A stretch of DNA of 64,000 nt from Candidatus Dojkabacteria bacterium (lineage in GTDB: Bacteria > Patescibacteriota > Dojkabacteria > J137): NCBI GenBank assembly GCA_025999215.1, contig AP024679.1:779916-843915 (forward strand). The letters run 5' to 3'. Both the position numbers and the translations under genes were made by a program. Positions 49,343-58,715 of the stretch are shown here, in pieces. Under the pieces are notes generated by a model that was not told the origin of the DNA, searched no databases, and was given only the letters and a program-made list of their open reading frames with translations. The stretch's first letter is position 1, and every line of letters begins with the position of its first letter.

Positions 49343-51679
49343 ATGTTTCAAAGAAAGAGTATTTTAAAAATTTGTTTTTTCTTTCTTTTTGTTTTCATTT
49401 TTTTACATCCAGAAAATATTAGTGCAGCCGAGGTTCCCTGCGGTGAACCAGGTAGTGATTGTGGAGGAAGTGGAGGTGGAAGTGGACCTATTTGTGGAAA
49501 TGGAAGCTGTGAAGCTGGAGAAAGTTGTAGTACTTGTTCTCAAGATTGTGGTTCTTGTTGCACACCAAGTTACCCATCAGCGCCTTCTCCATACGCTCCT
49601 AGTAATGGAGCAACAGTAAATTCTTTAACACCAACACTATACTGGAATATGTATGGAACTTTCGGGACTGGATGTCCACAGATTAACGCTTTTAGAGTTT
49701 TTTTATCTTCCAATTGTTCATCATTTTCTGATATTAGTGGAGCATTAAACGAATCTATAAGATCTTTCACTATACCATCAGGTATCCTTCAATGGAATCG
49801 AACTTATTGCTGGTATGTTATAGCAACTAATAATTCATATGGAGCACAGTCTAGTACTTTTAGATTTACAACCCAGCAAGGATCAATGCTTACATCAGAC
49901 ACAGTAACAGGAGATGTTTGCGGTAACGGTATCTCTGGTAGACCTGATCAATCTAATGTTTCTAACCCTGTTACTTTTAATTTTTCTTTTTCTCAAGCTC
50001 CCTCCTCTTCTTTCGTTGAAGCTAGACTCGCTCTTCTACCGGCCTCTGGCCCTTTTGCTGAAAATAGAGATGTTGTTGATTATGCCACCATACAAAACAA
50101 AGTTATTAGTTCTCAATCTTTTGCCGCTCGATATAACTTATCTGATTCTACAGCTCAAATTTTACTTCCTAATGGCCCTTCCTATTCTTGGTCTTCTCCT
50201 TCTTCTTCAGGTTCACTCTCTAATGGCTTTAATAACTCTAGTTTGCTTAATATTAACATTGATTCTTTTGCTACTTCCTCTACTAATTGGAATGCTCAAT
50301 TTAATGTCCGTTTTGAAAACTCTTTTCCTAGCGGTGTTTACAATCTCTATGCTTACGTTCTTTACAATAACGGATCTAATACTCTAACCGCTTATGGTTC
50401 ACCTGGCGTTTACAATTACAAAAAATTATCTACTGTTTGGGTTGTTGATATGGATGCTCCTTCTGCTTCCATCTCTTCTCCTACCGCATATGAAACTAAT
50501 TTATTTGGCGTTAACTGGTCTGCTACTGATACTAATGGCATTCAAAATGTTTTTAGCTACATTTATTCTGATACTAATGGCGCTACCATTAGAGATAGAA
50601 CTAATCCTTCTACTCCTTTTGATATTGTTACTGATGGTAATCCTAAATCTTATCCTGCTGACACCCCTAATGCTGGTATCAATACTCTTAATCTTGGTGA
50701 GCATCTTTACTCTGATCTCACTCCTTCTCTGAATGCTCAATATGTTTTCAGGCTTTATGCTCAGGATAATGCTTGCAATATTTCTGAAACTTCTAGAAGT
50801 GTATCTATCTCTGATCCTTGGGTCTTATCTTATGACAATACCATTTCTGTTAATTCTGGCTTTAATTCTTTATCTATACCTGAAGTTTCTAACTTCACCG
50901 TTCCTTTTACTTCTGATACATCGGGTCCTTTCTTGAATAACTTTGCTACCATTAGCGGCAATTCCAATACTCCTGCTCTAAGAAATTCTAAAATTAATGC
51001 CTACTCTATCAATTATCTTAACTTAGCTACTTCTTTACCTCCTGATTCTTCCTTTTCTTCTTGGTTTAACTATTTACTTAATCTTGTTTCTCTTAACTCT
51101 CCCTCTAGTATTGTTAACTTTAATGTACCTAACAACTCAGTATCTGGTAATCTCTCTCAAATATTTAATGTATCTCCTAACTCCAAATATGTTCTTATTC
51201 AAAGTAACTCTCTTGATTTAAATTTACTTTCTAATTCTGTTTGTGATATTAAAGCTTTAATTTTTTTAAGCGGTAATTTATCTATTCAACCTGACTTAAC
51301 TAAATCTAACCCTAGCAATGGATGTATATTCATAACTGCTGGTAATACGCTAATCGGAAAAGGTTCAGATAAAACTTCTGCTTCTTTGTCTGATTCTAAT
51401 CCTGCTCAATATGACATTGTAGAAGCTGGCATTATTACCAACAACTTAGATATTCCTGTTGATGCTATTGGAGGGGCTACTGCTGAGTACAACAAGTGGG
51501 ATGGTATTTATATTTTTGGTCTTGTTTACTCTTCTAATCTTTCTTTAAATCGCGATCTTAATTCTTTTGCTAACAATTTACAGCCTGCTCATATGTTTAG
51601 GTTTGATCCTTCTTTGCTTATTAATTTCCAAAATGATCTTGCTAAACGCTCTTTCTCTATTAGGGAATTTGTTAAATAA
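49343..51679 (+). CDS. Large secreted Cys-rich/FN3-like S/T/N-rich surface protein (paralog A)
   Basis: Signal peptide; CGNGSCEAGESCSTCSQDCGSCC module; strongly TCT/T-rich codon usage; 778 aa; no TM. Confidence 0.7.
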   Translation: MFQRKSILKICFFFLFVFIFLHPENISAAEVPCGEPGSDCGGSGGGSGPICGNGSCEAGESCSTCSQDCGSCCTPSYPSAPSPYAPSNGATVNSLTPTLYWNMYGTFGTGCPQINAFRVFLSSNCSSFSDISGALNESIRSFTIPSGILQWNRTYCWYVIATNNSYGAQSSTFRFTTQQGSMLTSDTVTGDVCGNGISGRPDQSNVSNPVTFNFSFSQAPSSSFVEARLALLPASGPFAENRDVVDYATIQNKVISSQSFAARYNLSDSTAQILLPNGPSYSWSSPSSSGSLSNGFNNSSLLNINIDSFATSSTNWNAQFNVRFENSFPSGVYNLYAYVLYNNGSNTLTAYGSPGVYNYKKLSTVWVVDMDAPSASISSPTAYETNLFGVNWSATDTNGIQNVFSYIYSDTNGATIRDRTNPSTPFDIVTDGNPKSYPADTPNAGINTLNLGEHLYSDLTPSLNAQYVFRLYAQDNACNISETSRSVSISDPWVLSYDNTISVNSGFNSLSIPEVSNFTVPFTSDTSGPFLNNFATISGNSNTPALRNSKINAYSINYLNLATSLPPDSSFSSWFNYLLNLVSLNSPSSIVNFNVPNNSVSGNLSQIFNVSPNSKYVLIQSNSLDLNLLSNSVCDIKALIFLSGNLSIQPDLTKSNPSNGCIFITAGNTLIGKGSDKTSASLSDSNPAQYDIVEAGIITNNLDIPVDAIGGATAEYNKWDGIYIFGLVYSSNLSLNRDLNSFANNLQPAHMFRFDPSLLINFQNDLAKRSFSIREFVK
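49891..51679. repeat. Copy 1 of an approximately 1.8-kb direct repeat: about 98% identical to copy 2 over the first 1.1 kb and about 90% over the last 0.7 kb
   Basis: Direct visual alignment of 49891.. with 54106.. at a constant offset of 4215. Confidence 0.9.
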
Positions 51680-51753
51680 CTTGAGATCTTGAAGTAAATG
51701 AGATAGAAACTAATTCTACGTAGTGTGAAAGTAAAAATGTGGTAACATTGAAT

Positions 51754-52362
51754 ATGGGTTTACTACCTGATTTTGAAAAGGAAATTTTACTTAATTCTCA
51801 TTATGAAAGAATAGTTGGCATAGATGAAGCCGGACGTGGATGCTGGGCTGGTCCTGTTGCTGTTGGCGCATACATACTAGATTTGAATTCGCAAATTTTT
51901 GATAGAGTTAATGATTCAAAAAAATTATCTACAGCTACAAGAAACGCCTTATTTAAAAATTTAAAACCACAAAATTTTGTAATTAAATTTGGATCTAACA
52001 CAGAGATTGATACCAAAGGAATAACTACAATCATCATTGATAAAATTTATCAAGTAATTCAACAATTTAGGGATGGTAAAACTCTATTTTTGATTGATGG
52101 TAGACATAACTATAATTTTGGAGTAGATTGTTTACAAGTTCTCAAAGGTGATAGCAAGTTTTATTCAATTGCACTAGCTTCAATTGTTGCCAAAGTAAGT
52201 AGAGATAACTTAATGATTGACTTATCAAAAACATACAAAGATTATAATTTTGCTAAACACAAAGGATATGGGACCAAGTCTCACCTTGATGAATTAAAGC
52301 AATTTGGTGCCTGTGCAATTCATAGAAAAAGTTTTAAACCTGTTTTAGAATTTTTAAAATAA
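51754..52362 (+). CDS. rnhB: Ribonuclease HII (ATG 51754 is the likely start; the ORF track starts at GTG 51739)
   Basis: GIDEAGRGCWAGPV. Confidence 0.85.
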   Translation: MGLLPDFEKEILLNSHYERIVGIDEAGRGCWAGPVAVGAYILDLNSQIFDRVNDSKKLSTATRNALFKNLKPQNFVIKFGSNTEIDTKGITTIIIDKIYQVIQQFRDGKTLFLIDGRHNYNFGVDCLQVLKGDSKFYSIALASIVAKVSRDNLMIDLSKTYKDYNFAKHKGYGTKSHLDELKQFGACAIHRKSFKPVLEFLK

Positions 52363-52904
52363 TGAAAAGAAAATTACTAACAATATTTACCTTCATACTT
52401 ATAGTTACATTAGGATCACTTCTTGCTGCACAAGTATTTTTCTATATTTCAGAAAAGAATAGATTTAATCAAGATACATTTTCAAAAGAACTTTGGTTTG
52501 CGCCATACAATGAAAATATAGAAAATATTTACTTTATAGAAACTTTTTATGGAAAAATAATAGAAACCAAAACAACTGAAAACGAAATGAGTATTAGAGT
52601 CAAACTTGCCAAGCCTATTAAAACCCCTGATCCTAACAAACCTCTAGAGTTTACTGATGAAGAACTTACATTTATTTTTCCTGCTAATCCCAAAGATATA
52701 GAGTTAATAGTAGTTGATAACTTGTTCGACTTAAATTATATTTTAAACCCAATACGAAGCGACATAACTAGTTTCATATCAGATTATAGGTTGGTTTTAA
52801 TTGAAACAGAAAGAAGTTTAACTTGTAATTTTACCTGTAAATCCGAGCTGGATTTAGAAAATCTAAAAATTAGAAAAATATTTATTACAAAAGATAGATT
52901 CTAG
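52362..52904 (+). CDS. Hypothetical signal-anchored protein
   Basis: N-terminal TM; ORF only. Confidence 0.4.
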   Translation: MKRKLLTIFTFILIVTLGSLLAAQVFFYISEKNRFNQDTFSKELWFAPYNENIENIYFIETFYGKIIETKTTENEMSIRVKLAKPIKTPDPNKPLEFTDEELTFIFPANPKDIELIVVDNLFDLNYILNPIRSDITSFISDYRLVLIETERSLTCNFTCKSELDLENLKIRKIFITKDRF

Positions 52905-52908
52905 TCTT

Positions 52909-53292
52909 ATGAAAAAAGCATTGGTTTTAATAACTATCATTATACTAATTTTAACTAATATTTGGTTTTATCGTGGGTATGTTAGGTTTAGTGTATCTAG
53001 GTATTCTAATTTATCAAAAGCCTCAATCGAATATGTTTTTACAATTGAAGATTTTACATTTGCTTATTCAGAAAAATTGGAAAAACTAACCATCCAAAAA
53101 ATTAACAAAATAGATATTGATATTAAAAAACAAGATGCAAATTTCCTGCTATTTGATTGGAAAAAAATTGAGACTGATAATGTTTATACTGAATTGATAC
53201 CTCCTAAAACTTGTAAAAAGTTTGTAATTGGTCATGAGATAGATAATTTAAATTTGCAAGGCCAAAAATGGAGTTTATTAAAATGTGTTTAA
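52909..53292 (+). CDS. Hypothetical signal-anchored protein
   Basis: N-terminal TM; ORF only. Confidence 0.4.
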   Translation: MKKALVLITIIILILTNIWFYRGYVRFSVSRYSNLSKASIEYVFTIEDFTFAYSEKLEKLTIQKINKIDIDIKKQDANFLLFDWKKIETDNVYTELIPPKTCKKFVIGHEIDNLNLQGQKWSLLKCV

Positions 53293-53362
53293 AGGATAAT
53301 TTGATTTTCTACAAAAACTTGCTAGCATTAATTGTAAACTACCTAACTTTACATTTAAGTTT

Positions 53363-55895
53363 ATGAAAAAAAAATCTATAAATATTTTTTTCTTGTTTAT
53401 TTTTTTGTTTATATTTTTTGGATTATTTAGTAGTTTACAATTTCCAACAATAAAAATTCCAAACGTTTACGCATATAATGTTGGTATAAAAACCTATTAC
53501 GTTTGTTGTACTCCACGTAATGGATATGCAGCACAGTTTGGAAAAACCTGTTATTATTCCGAGACAACTGGTGAAGAAGTATATTGTGAAAGCGATGATT
53601 ATCAAATAAGTGGATGTGTGCATTATAGACCTGATATTTGTTCCGCTGGCGGTGGCGGTGGAGGCGGTGGTGGGCCTATTTGCGGTGATGGTTGGTGTGA
53701 AGGAACTGAAAACTGCAACAATTGTGTGGCTGATTGTGGACAATGTTGTAATCCAATTGAACCTTTACCTGTCAATTTGATTGGGCCTGCTAACAATAGC
53801 ATTGTGAATTCAACCACAGTAACTTTTTCATGGGATAATTCTCCTAGTTGGAGAGATTGTGGTTGGACACCAAGGTATTTAAGTTTATGGTTATCATCCA
53901 CTTGTCAACCTGGTAGCTATAGCTACATTGCTGCTACACCTGATATACCTGCTGGTTCAAATTTTGGACCTAATTCTTCGAGTTTTACTTATTCAGGATT
54001 ATCTTGGAATACAACTTATTGTTGGTATGTGAGAAGATTAAATGGTGGAAATAAATCTGCTCATACACCAATATGGCAATTCACTGTATCTAATCAGTCT
54101 TTACTTACATCAGACACAGTAACAGGAGATGTTTGCGGTAACGGTATCTCTGGTAGACCTGATCAATCTAATGTTTCTAACCCTGTTACTTTTAATTTTT
54201 CTTTTTCTCAAGCTCCCTCCTCTTCTTTCGTTGAAGCTAGACTCGCTCTTCTACCGGCCTCTGGCCCTTTCGCTGAAAATAGAGATGTTGTTGATTATGC
54301 CACCATTCAAAACAAAGTTATTAGTTCTCAATCTTTTGCCGCTCGTTATAACTTGTCTGATTCTACAGCTCAAGTTTTACTTCCTAATGGCCCTTCCTAT
54401 TCTTGGTCTCCTCCTGCTTCTTCAGGTTCACTCTCTAATGGCTTTAATAACTCTAGTTTGCTTAATATCAACATCGATTCTTTTGCTACTTCCTCTACTA
54501 ATTGGAATGCTCAATTTAATGTTCGTTTTGAAAACTCTTTTCCTAGCGGTGTTTACAATCTCTATGCTTACGTTCTTTACAATAACGGATCTAATACTCT
54601 AACCGCTTATGGTTCACCTGGCGTTTACAATTACAAAAAATTATCTACTGTTTGGGTTGTTGATATGGACGCTCCTTCTGCTTCCATCTCTTCTCCCACT
54701 GCATATGAAACTAATTTATTTGGCGTTAACTGGTCTGCTAGTGATACTAATGGCATTCAAAATGTTTTTAGCTATATTTATTCTGATACTAATGGCGCTA
54801 CTATCAGAGATAGAACTAATCCTTCTACTCCTTTTGATATTGTTACTGATGGTAATCCTAAATCTTATCCTGCTGACACTCCTAATGCTGGTATTACTAC
54901 CAGCAATCTTGGTGAACACTTTTACTCTGATCTTACTCCTTCTCTGGATGCTCAATATGTTTTTAGGCTTTATGCTCAAGATAGTGCTTGCAATATTTCT
55001 GAGACTTCTAGAAGCGTATCTATTTCTGATCCTTGGCTTTTATCTTATGACAATACCATATCTGTTAATTCTGGCTTTAATTCTCTATCTATACCTGAGG
55101 TTTCTAACTTTACCGTTCCTTTTACCTCTGATACATCTGGTCCTTTTTTGAATAACTTTGCTACCATTAGTGGTAATTCCAATACTCCTGCTACTTAGAA
55201 ATTCTAAAATTAATGCTTACTCTACCAACTACCTTAACTTAGCTACTTCCCTACCTCCTGATTCTTCCTTTTCTTCTTGGTTTGATTATTTACTTAATCT
55301 TGTTTCTCTTAATTCTCCCTCAAATATTGTTAACTTTAACGTACCTAATAACTCAGTATCTGGTAATCTTTCTCAAATCTTTAATGTTTCTCCTAATTCT
55401 AAATATATCCTTATTCAAAGTAATTCTAGTGATCTAAATTTACTTCCTAACACTGTTTGTGATATTCAAGCTCTAATCTTTCTAAATGCAAACTTATCTA
55501 TTCAACCTAATTTGATCAAATCTAACCCTAGCAACGGTTGTATATTCATAACTGCTGGTAATACTCTAATCGGTAAAGGTACTGATAAAACTTCTGCTTC
55601 TTTGTCTGACTCTAACCCTGCTCAATATGACATTGTAGAAGCTGGCATTATTACCAACAACCTAGATATTCCTATTGATGTTGTTGGAGGGGCAACTGCT
55701 GAATACAACAAATGGGATGGTATTTATATTTTTGGTGTTGTTTACTCTTCTAATCTCTCTCTAAATCGTGACCTTAATTCTTTTGCTAACAACTTACAGC
55801 CTGCTCACATGTTTAGATTTGACCCTTCTATTCTTATTAATTTTCAACATGATCTTGCTAATCGCTCTTTCTCTGTTAGGGAAATTGTTGAGTAG
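53363..55895 (+). pseudogene. Paralog B of the surface protein, with a distinct N-terminal domain and a poly-Gly linker. It is interrupted by a +1 frameshift and TAG at 55196..55198, then continues in another frame to 55895
   Basis: Track ORFs 53363..55198 and 55158..55895 together align to gene A. There is a 1-nt indel (gctacttag versus gctctaag) at the identity breakpoint. Confidence 0.6.
54106..55895. repeat. Copy 2 of the approximately 1.8-kb direct repeat
   Basis: See copy 1. Confidence 0.9.
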
Positions 55896-55934
55896 GTTTA
55901 TAAGTGTTAAAATGTACAAGTTACTTTATTAATC

Positions 55935-56384
55935 TTGAAACAAACAGAAATTATTTTTAACAAAGAAAATATTGAGTTTGAGATAAATGATGATACTGAA
56001 ATATTTAGCCGCCTTAAACTATCAGGTACAGAATCCATAAAAGCCAACTTAAGATTTATACACAATAAACCTCACACAAAATCGCGGATAAATATCAAAG
56101 CTGTTCTTTTTGATGAAGCAAGGTTAGATATTGAAGGGATGCTTGTAATAAATTCAAACGCTAACCAAACAGACACTTATTTAAAAATGGATTGTCTGAT
56201 TATGAGTCCAAACGCTTATGCAAGACTTGTGCCAGGCTTGGAAATTAAAGCTTCTGAAGTTAAAGGTGGTCATGGTGCTACTATAGGGTATATAGATCCT
56301 GAAATTCTTAACTATTTACAATCAAGAGGGCTCAATAAGAAAACATGTGAGAATTTAATTGTGGATGCTTTTTTGGAAAAATAA
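55935..56384 (+). CDS. Mini SufD-like protein (SufB/D C-terminal domain only)
   Basis: GHGATIGYIDPEILNYLQSRGLNKKTCENLIVDAF aligns to the sufB C-terminus in this same window; 149 aa. Confidence 0.55.
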   Translation: MKQTEIIFNKENIEFEINDDTEIFSRLKLSGTESIKANLRFIHNKPHTKSRINIKAVLFDEARLDIEGMLVINSNANQTDTYLKMDCLIMSPNAYARLVPGLEIKASEVKGGHGATIGYIDPEILNYLQSRGLNKKTCENLIVDAFLEK

Positions 56385-56396
56385 TTTGCATTCAAG

Positions 56397-56425
56397 TTGC
56401 TATTGTTATAAAATTTTGTTATTAT
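56397..56425 (+). promoter_or_regulatory. Putative promoter of fusA: TTGCTA, 17-bp spacer, TATTAT
   Basis: Pattern match only, in an AT-rich background. Confidence 0.25.
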
Positions 56426-56474
56426 TGCTTGCTAAGTACGTAAGTAAGTTAGCTTTTTCATTTATTTCTTAAAA

Positions 56475-58628
56475 TTGAAAAGAATGGCAGGAACAGATTA
56501 TCAACTAGTTAAAGATATAAAATTATATAGAAATATAGGTATTATCGCTCATGTAGATGCAGGTAAAACCACAACTACAGAAAGAATTTTATTTTACACT
56601 GGTAAAAAACATAAACTTGGAGAAGTGCATGAAGGTGCTGCAGAAATGGATTTCATGGATCAAGAAAGAGAAAGAGGTATTACCATACAATCAGCTGCTA
56701 CAACAGCTTTTTGGAAACTTAATGATGAACTTTATAGAATAAATATTATTGACACACCGGGGCACGTTGATTTTACAGCAGAGGTTGAGAGATCTCTAAG
56801 AGTTTTGGATGGAGCTGTGGTTGTGTTTGACGGTAAAATGGGTGTCGAGCCACAATCTTCAAAAGTTTGGTTTCAAGCTGAGAAGTATCTGGTTCCTAGA
56901 ATTTGTTATATTAATAAACTTGATAACATTGGTGCAGATTTTTACAAATCATACGAATCCATAGTTGAACATCTATCTGATAAAGCTACACCTATTAATA
57001 TCCCAATTGGTATAGAAAATGATTTTAACGGGTTGATAGATTTAGTTGCTATGAAGGCATACATTTATCATGATGAATTAGGCAAAGACATTGAAATCAC
57101 AGATATTCCATCAGAGTATCAAACAAAAGCTCAAGAATATAGAAGCAAATTAATTGAGTTGGTAGCAGATGCAGATGATGAAATTGCTATGAAATATTTG
57201 GAGGGTGAGGAAATAAGTGAAGAAGAATTAGTTGCAGGTATTAGAAAAGCTACATTATCGATGAAATTATTCCCAGTTTTGGGTGGATCATCCTTAAAAA
57301 ACAAGGGAGTACAAATTCTACTTGATAATGTTTGTAGATACTTACCTTCACCTGTAGAAAAAGACTACATTTATGTTGATCCAGAAACAAAAGAAGAAAA
57401 AAGATTTGTTGGTAAAATTCCGGGAAATCACCCAAAAACCAATGAATTAATTACTCGAGAATTAAGTGAGAATGAGTCATTTTGTGGTCTTATTTTCAAA
57501 TTGGCAGTCGATCAACACGTTGGTAATCTAGCATTTTTTAGAGTATATTCTGGAAAATTAAAAGCAGGTTCATATATTTACAATAGCACGAGTGGTACCA
57601 AAGAAAGAGTGGGAAGAATTGTTATGATGCATGCAAATTCCAGAGAAGACATTGAAGAGGTGAGAGCTGGAGATATTGCAGCAATTGTAGGTCTAAAAAG
57701 CAGTATGACTGGAGATACTTTATGTGATGAAAATAATCCTATTGTGCTTGAAGGTATTGACTTTCCAGAGCCAGTGGTTAAATTTGCAATTGAACCAAAA
57801 ACTAAATCTGATCATGATAAACTAGCTGAGGCTTTGGCAAAATTAACATCTGAAGATCCAACTTTCAAAGCTCAAACAGACACTGAAACAGGTCAAGTTA
57901 TAATTGCGGGAATGGGAGAACTACACTTAGAAATCAAAATTGATATTTTAAAAAGAGAATATAAACTTGAAGTTAACAAAGGAAATCCTCAAGTTGCTTA
58001 CAGAGAAACAGTTACAACAGAAGCAAGGCATAGAGAATTACTCAAGAAGCAATCTGGAGGTGCTGGACAATATGCTGATATTGACATGATTATTCGACCA
58101 CTTAAACGTGGTGAAGGTTATAGGTTTGTAGATAGTATCAAAGGAGGAGCAATTCCAAGAGAATATATTCCAGCAATTGACAAAGGGTTTAGAGATTCAA
58201 TGAACAATGGGCCTCTGGGAGGATATCCTGTTGTTGATATTGAAATGGAAATTGTAGATGGAACTTATCACGAAGTTGACTCAAATACCGATACTTTCAA
58301 AACAGCTGCATTTTATGGGTTAAAAGAAGCTATGAAAAAAGCTAACCCTGTGTTGTTAGAACCTATCATGCTTGTAAATATAAACGTTCCAGAAGAGCAT
58401 GTTGGAGCTGTTACTGGTTATCTTTCAAGTAAAAGAGGCATTATTAAAAACATGATAGACAGAGGAAAGACAAAAGAAATTATTGCTGAAGCACCTCTTG
58501 CAGAACTTTTTGGTTATGTATCTGATTTGAGAAATTTGACTAGCGGTACTGCTGTTCCGTCAATGGAGCCTTCACATTATCAAGAAGTACCCAAGAACAT
58601 TCAGGAAGCTGTGCTAGGTGATAAATAG
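56475..58628 (+). CDS. fusA: Elongation factor G
   Basis: AHVDAGKTTTTERILFYTG...GITIQSAATTAFW; 717 aa. Confidence 0.9.
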   Translation: MKRMAGTDYQLVKDIKLYRNIGIIAHVDAGKTTTTERILFYTGKKHKLGEVHEGAAEMDFMDQERERGITIQSAATTAFWKLNDELYRINIIDTPGHVDFTAEVERSLRVLDGAVVVFDGKMGVEPQSSKVWFQAEKYLVPRICYINKLDNIGADFYKSYESIVEHLSDKATPINIPIGIENDFNGLIDLVAMKAYIYHDELGKDIEITDIPSEYQTKAQEYRSKLIELVADADDEIAMKYLEGEEISEEELVAGIRKATLSMKLFPVLGGSSLKNKGVQILLDNVCRYLPSPVEKDYIYVDPETKEEKRFVGKIPGNHPKTNELITRELSENESFCGLIFKLAVDQHVGNLAFFRVYSGKLKAGSYIYNSTSGTKERVGRIVMMHANSREDIEEVRAGDIAAIVGLKSSMTGDTLCDENNPIVLEGIDFPEPVVKFAIEPKTKSDHDKLAEALAKLTSEDPTFKAQTDTETGQVIIAGMGELHLEIKIDILKREYKLEVNKGNPQVAYRETVTTEARHRELLKKQSGGAGQYADIDMIIRPLKRGEGYRFVDSIKGGAIPREYIPAIDKGFRDSMNNGPLGGYPVVDIEMEIVDGTYHEVDSNTDTFKTAAFYGLKEAMKKANPVLLEPIMLVNINVPEEHVGAVTGYLSSKRGIIKNMIDRGKTKEIIAEAPLAELFGYVSDLRNLTSGTAVPSMEPSHYQEVPKNIQEAVLGDK

Positions 58629-58715
58629 ACTCTTTTCTTGAGTGGGCTTTATTTGCAAGGAGAGGGATTCGGACGCAACACAAAATTATTATGTTTAAAC
58701 AAATACGCGTGTTAG

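Noticed and set aside
49914-50936. Long Leu-rich 'hydrophobic' ORFs in alternative frames of surface-protein gene A (49914..50387, 50394..50732, 50733..50936), mirrored in gene B (54129..55151)
   Set aside because: They are a by-product of the extreme TCT/CTT-rich codon usage of the real frame. Their products are featureless poly-Leu. Their conservation in both copies only reflects the nucleotide-level repeat.
49891-55895. Considered whether the two near-identical tracts are a diversity-generating retroelement template/variable repeat pair
   Set aside because: Differences between the copies are scattered transitions and transversions at all bases, not adenine-specific. The repeat is about 1.8 kb rather than about 100 to 150 bp. 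No reverse transcriptase gene is present in the window.
58629-58715. Slightly GC-richer convergent intergenic region after fusA, inspected for a terminator or small RNA
   Set aside because: No stable stem-loop followed by a T-tract could be identified by eye.
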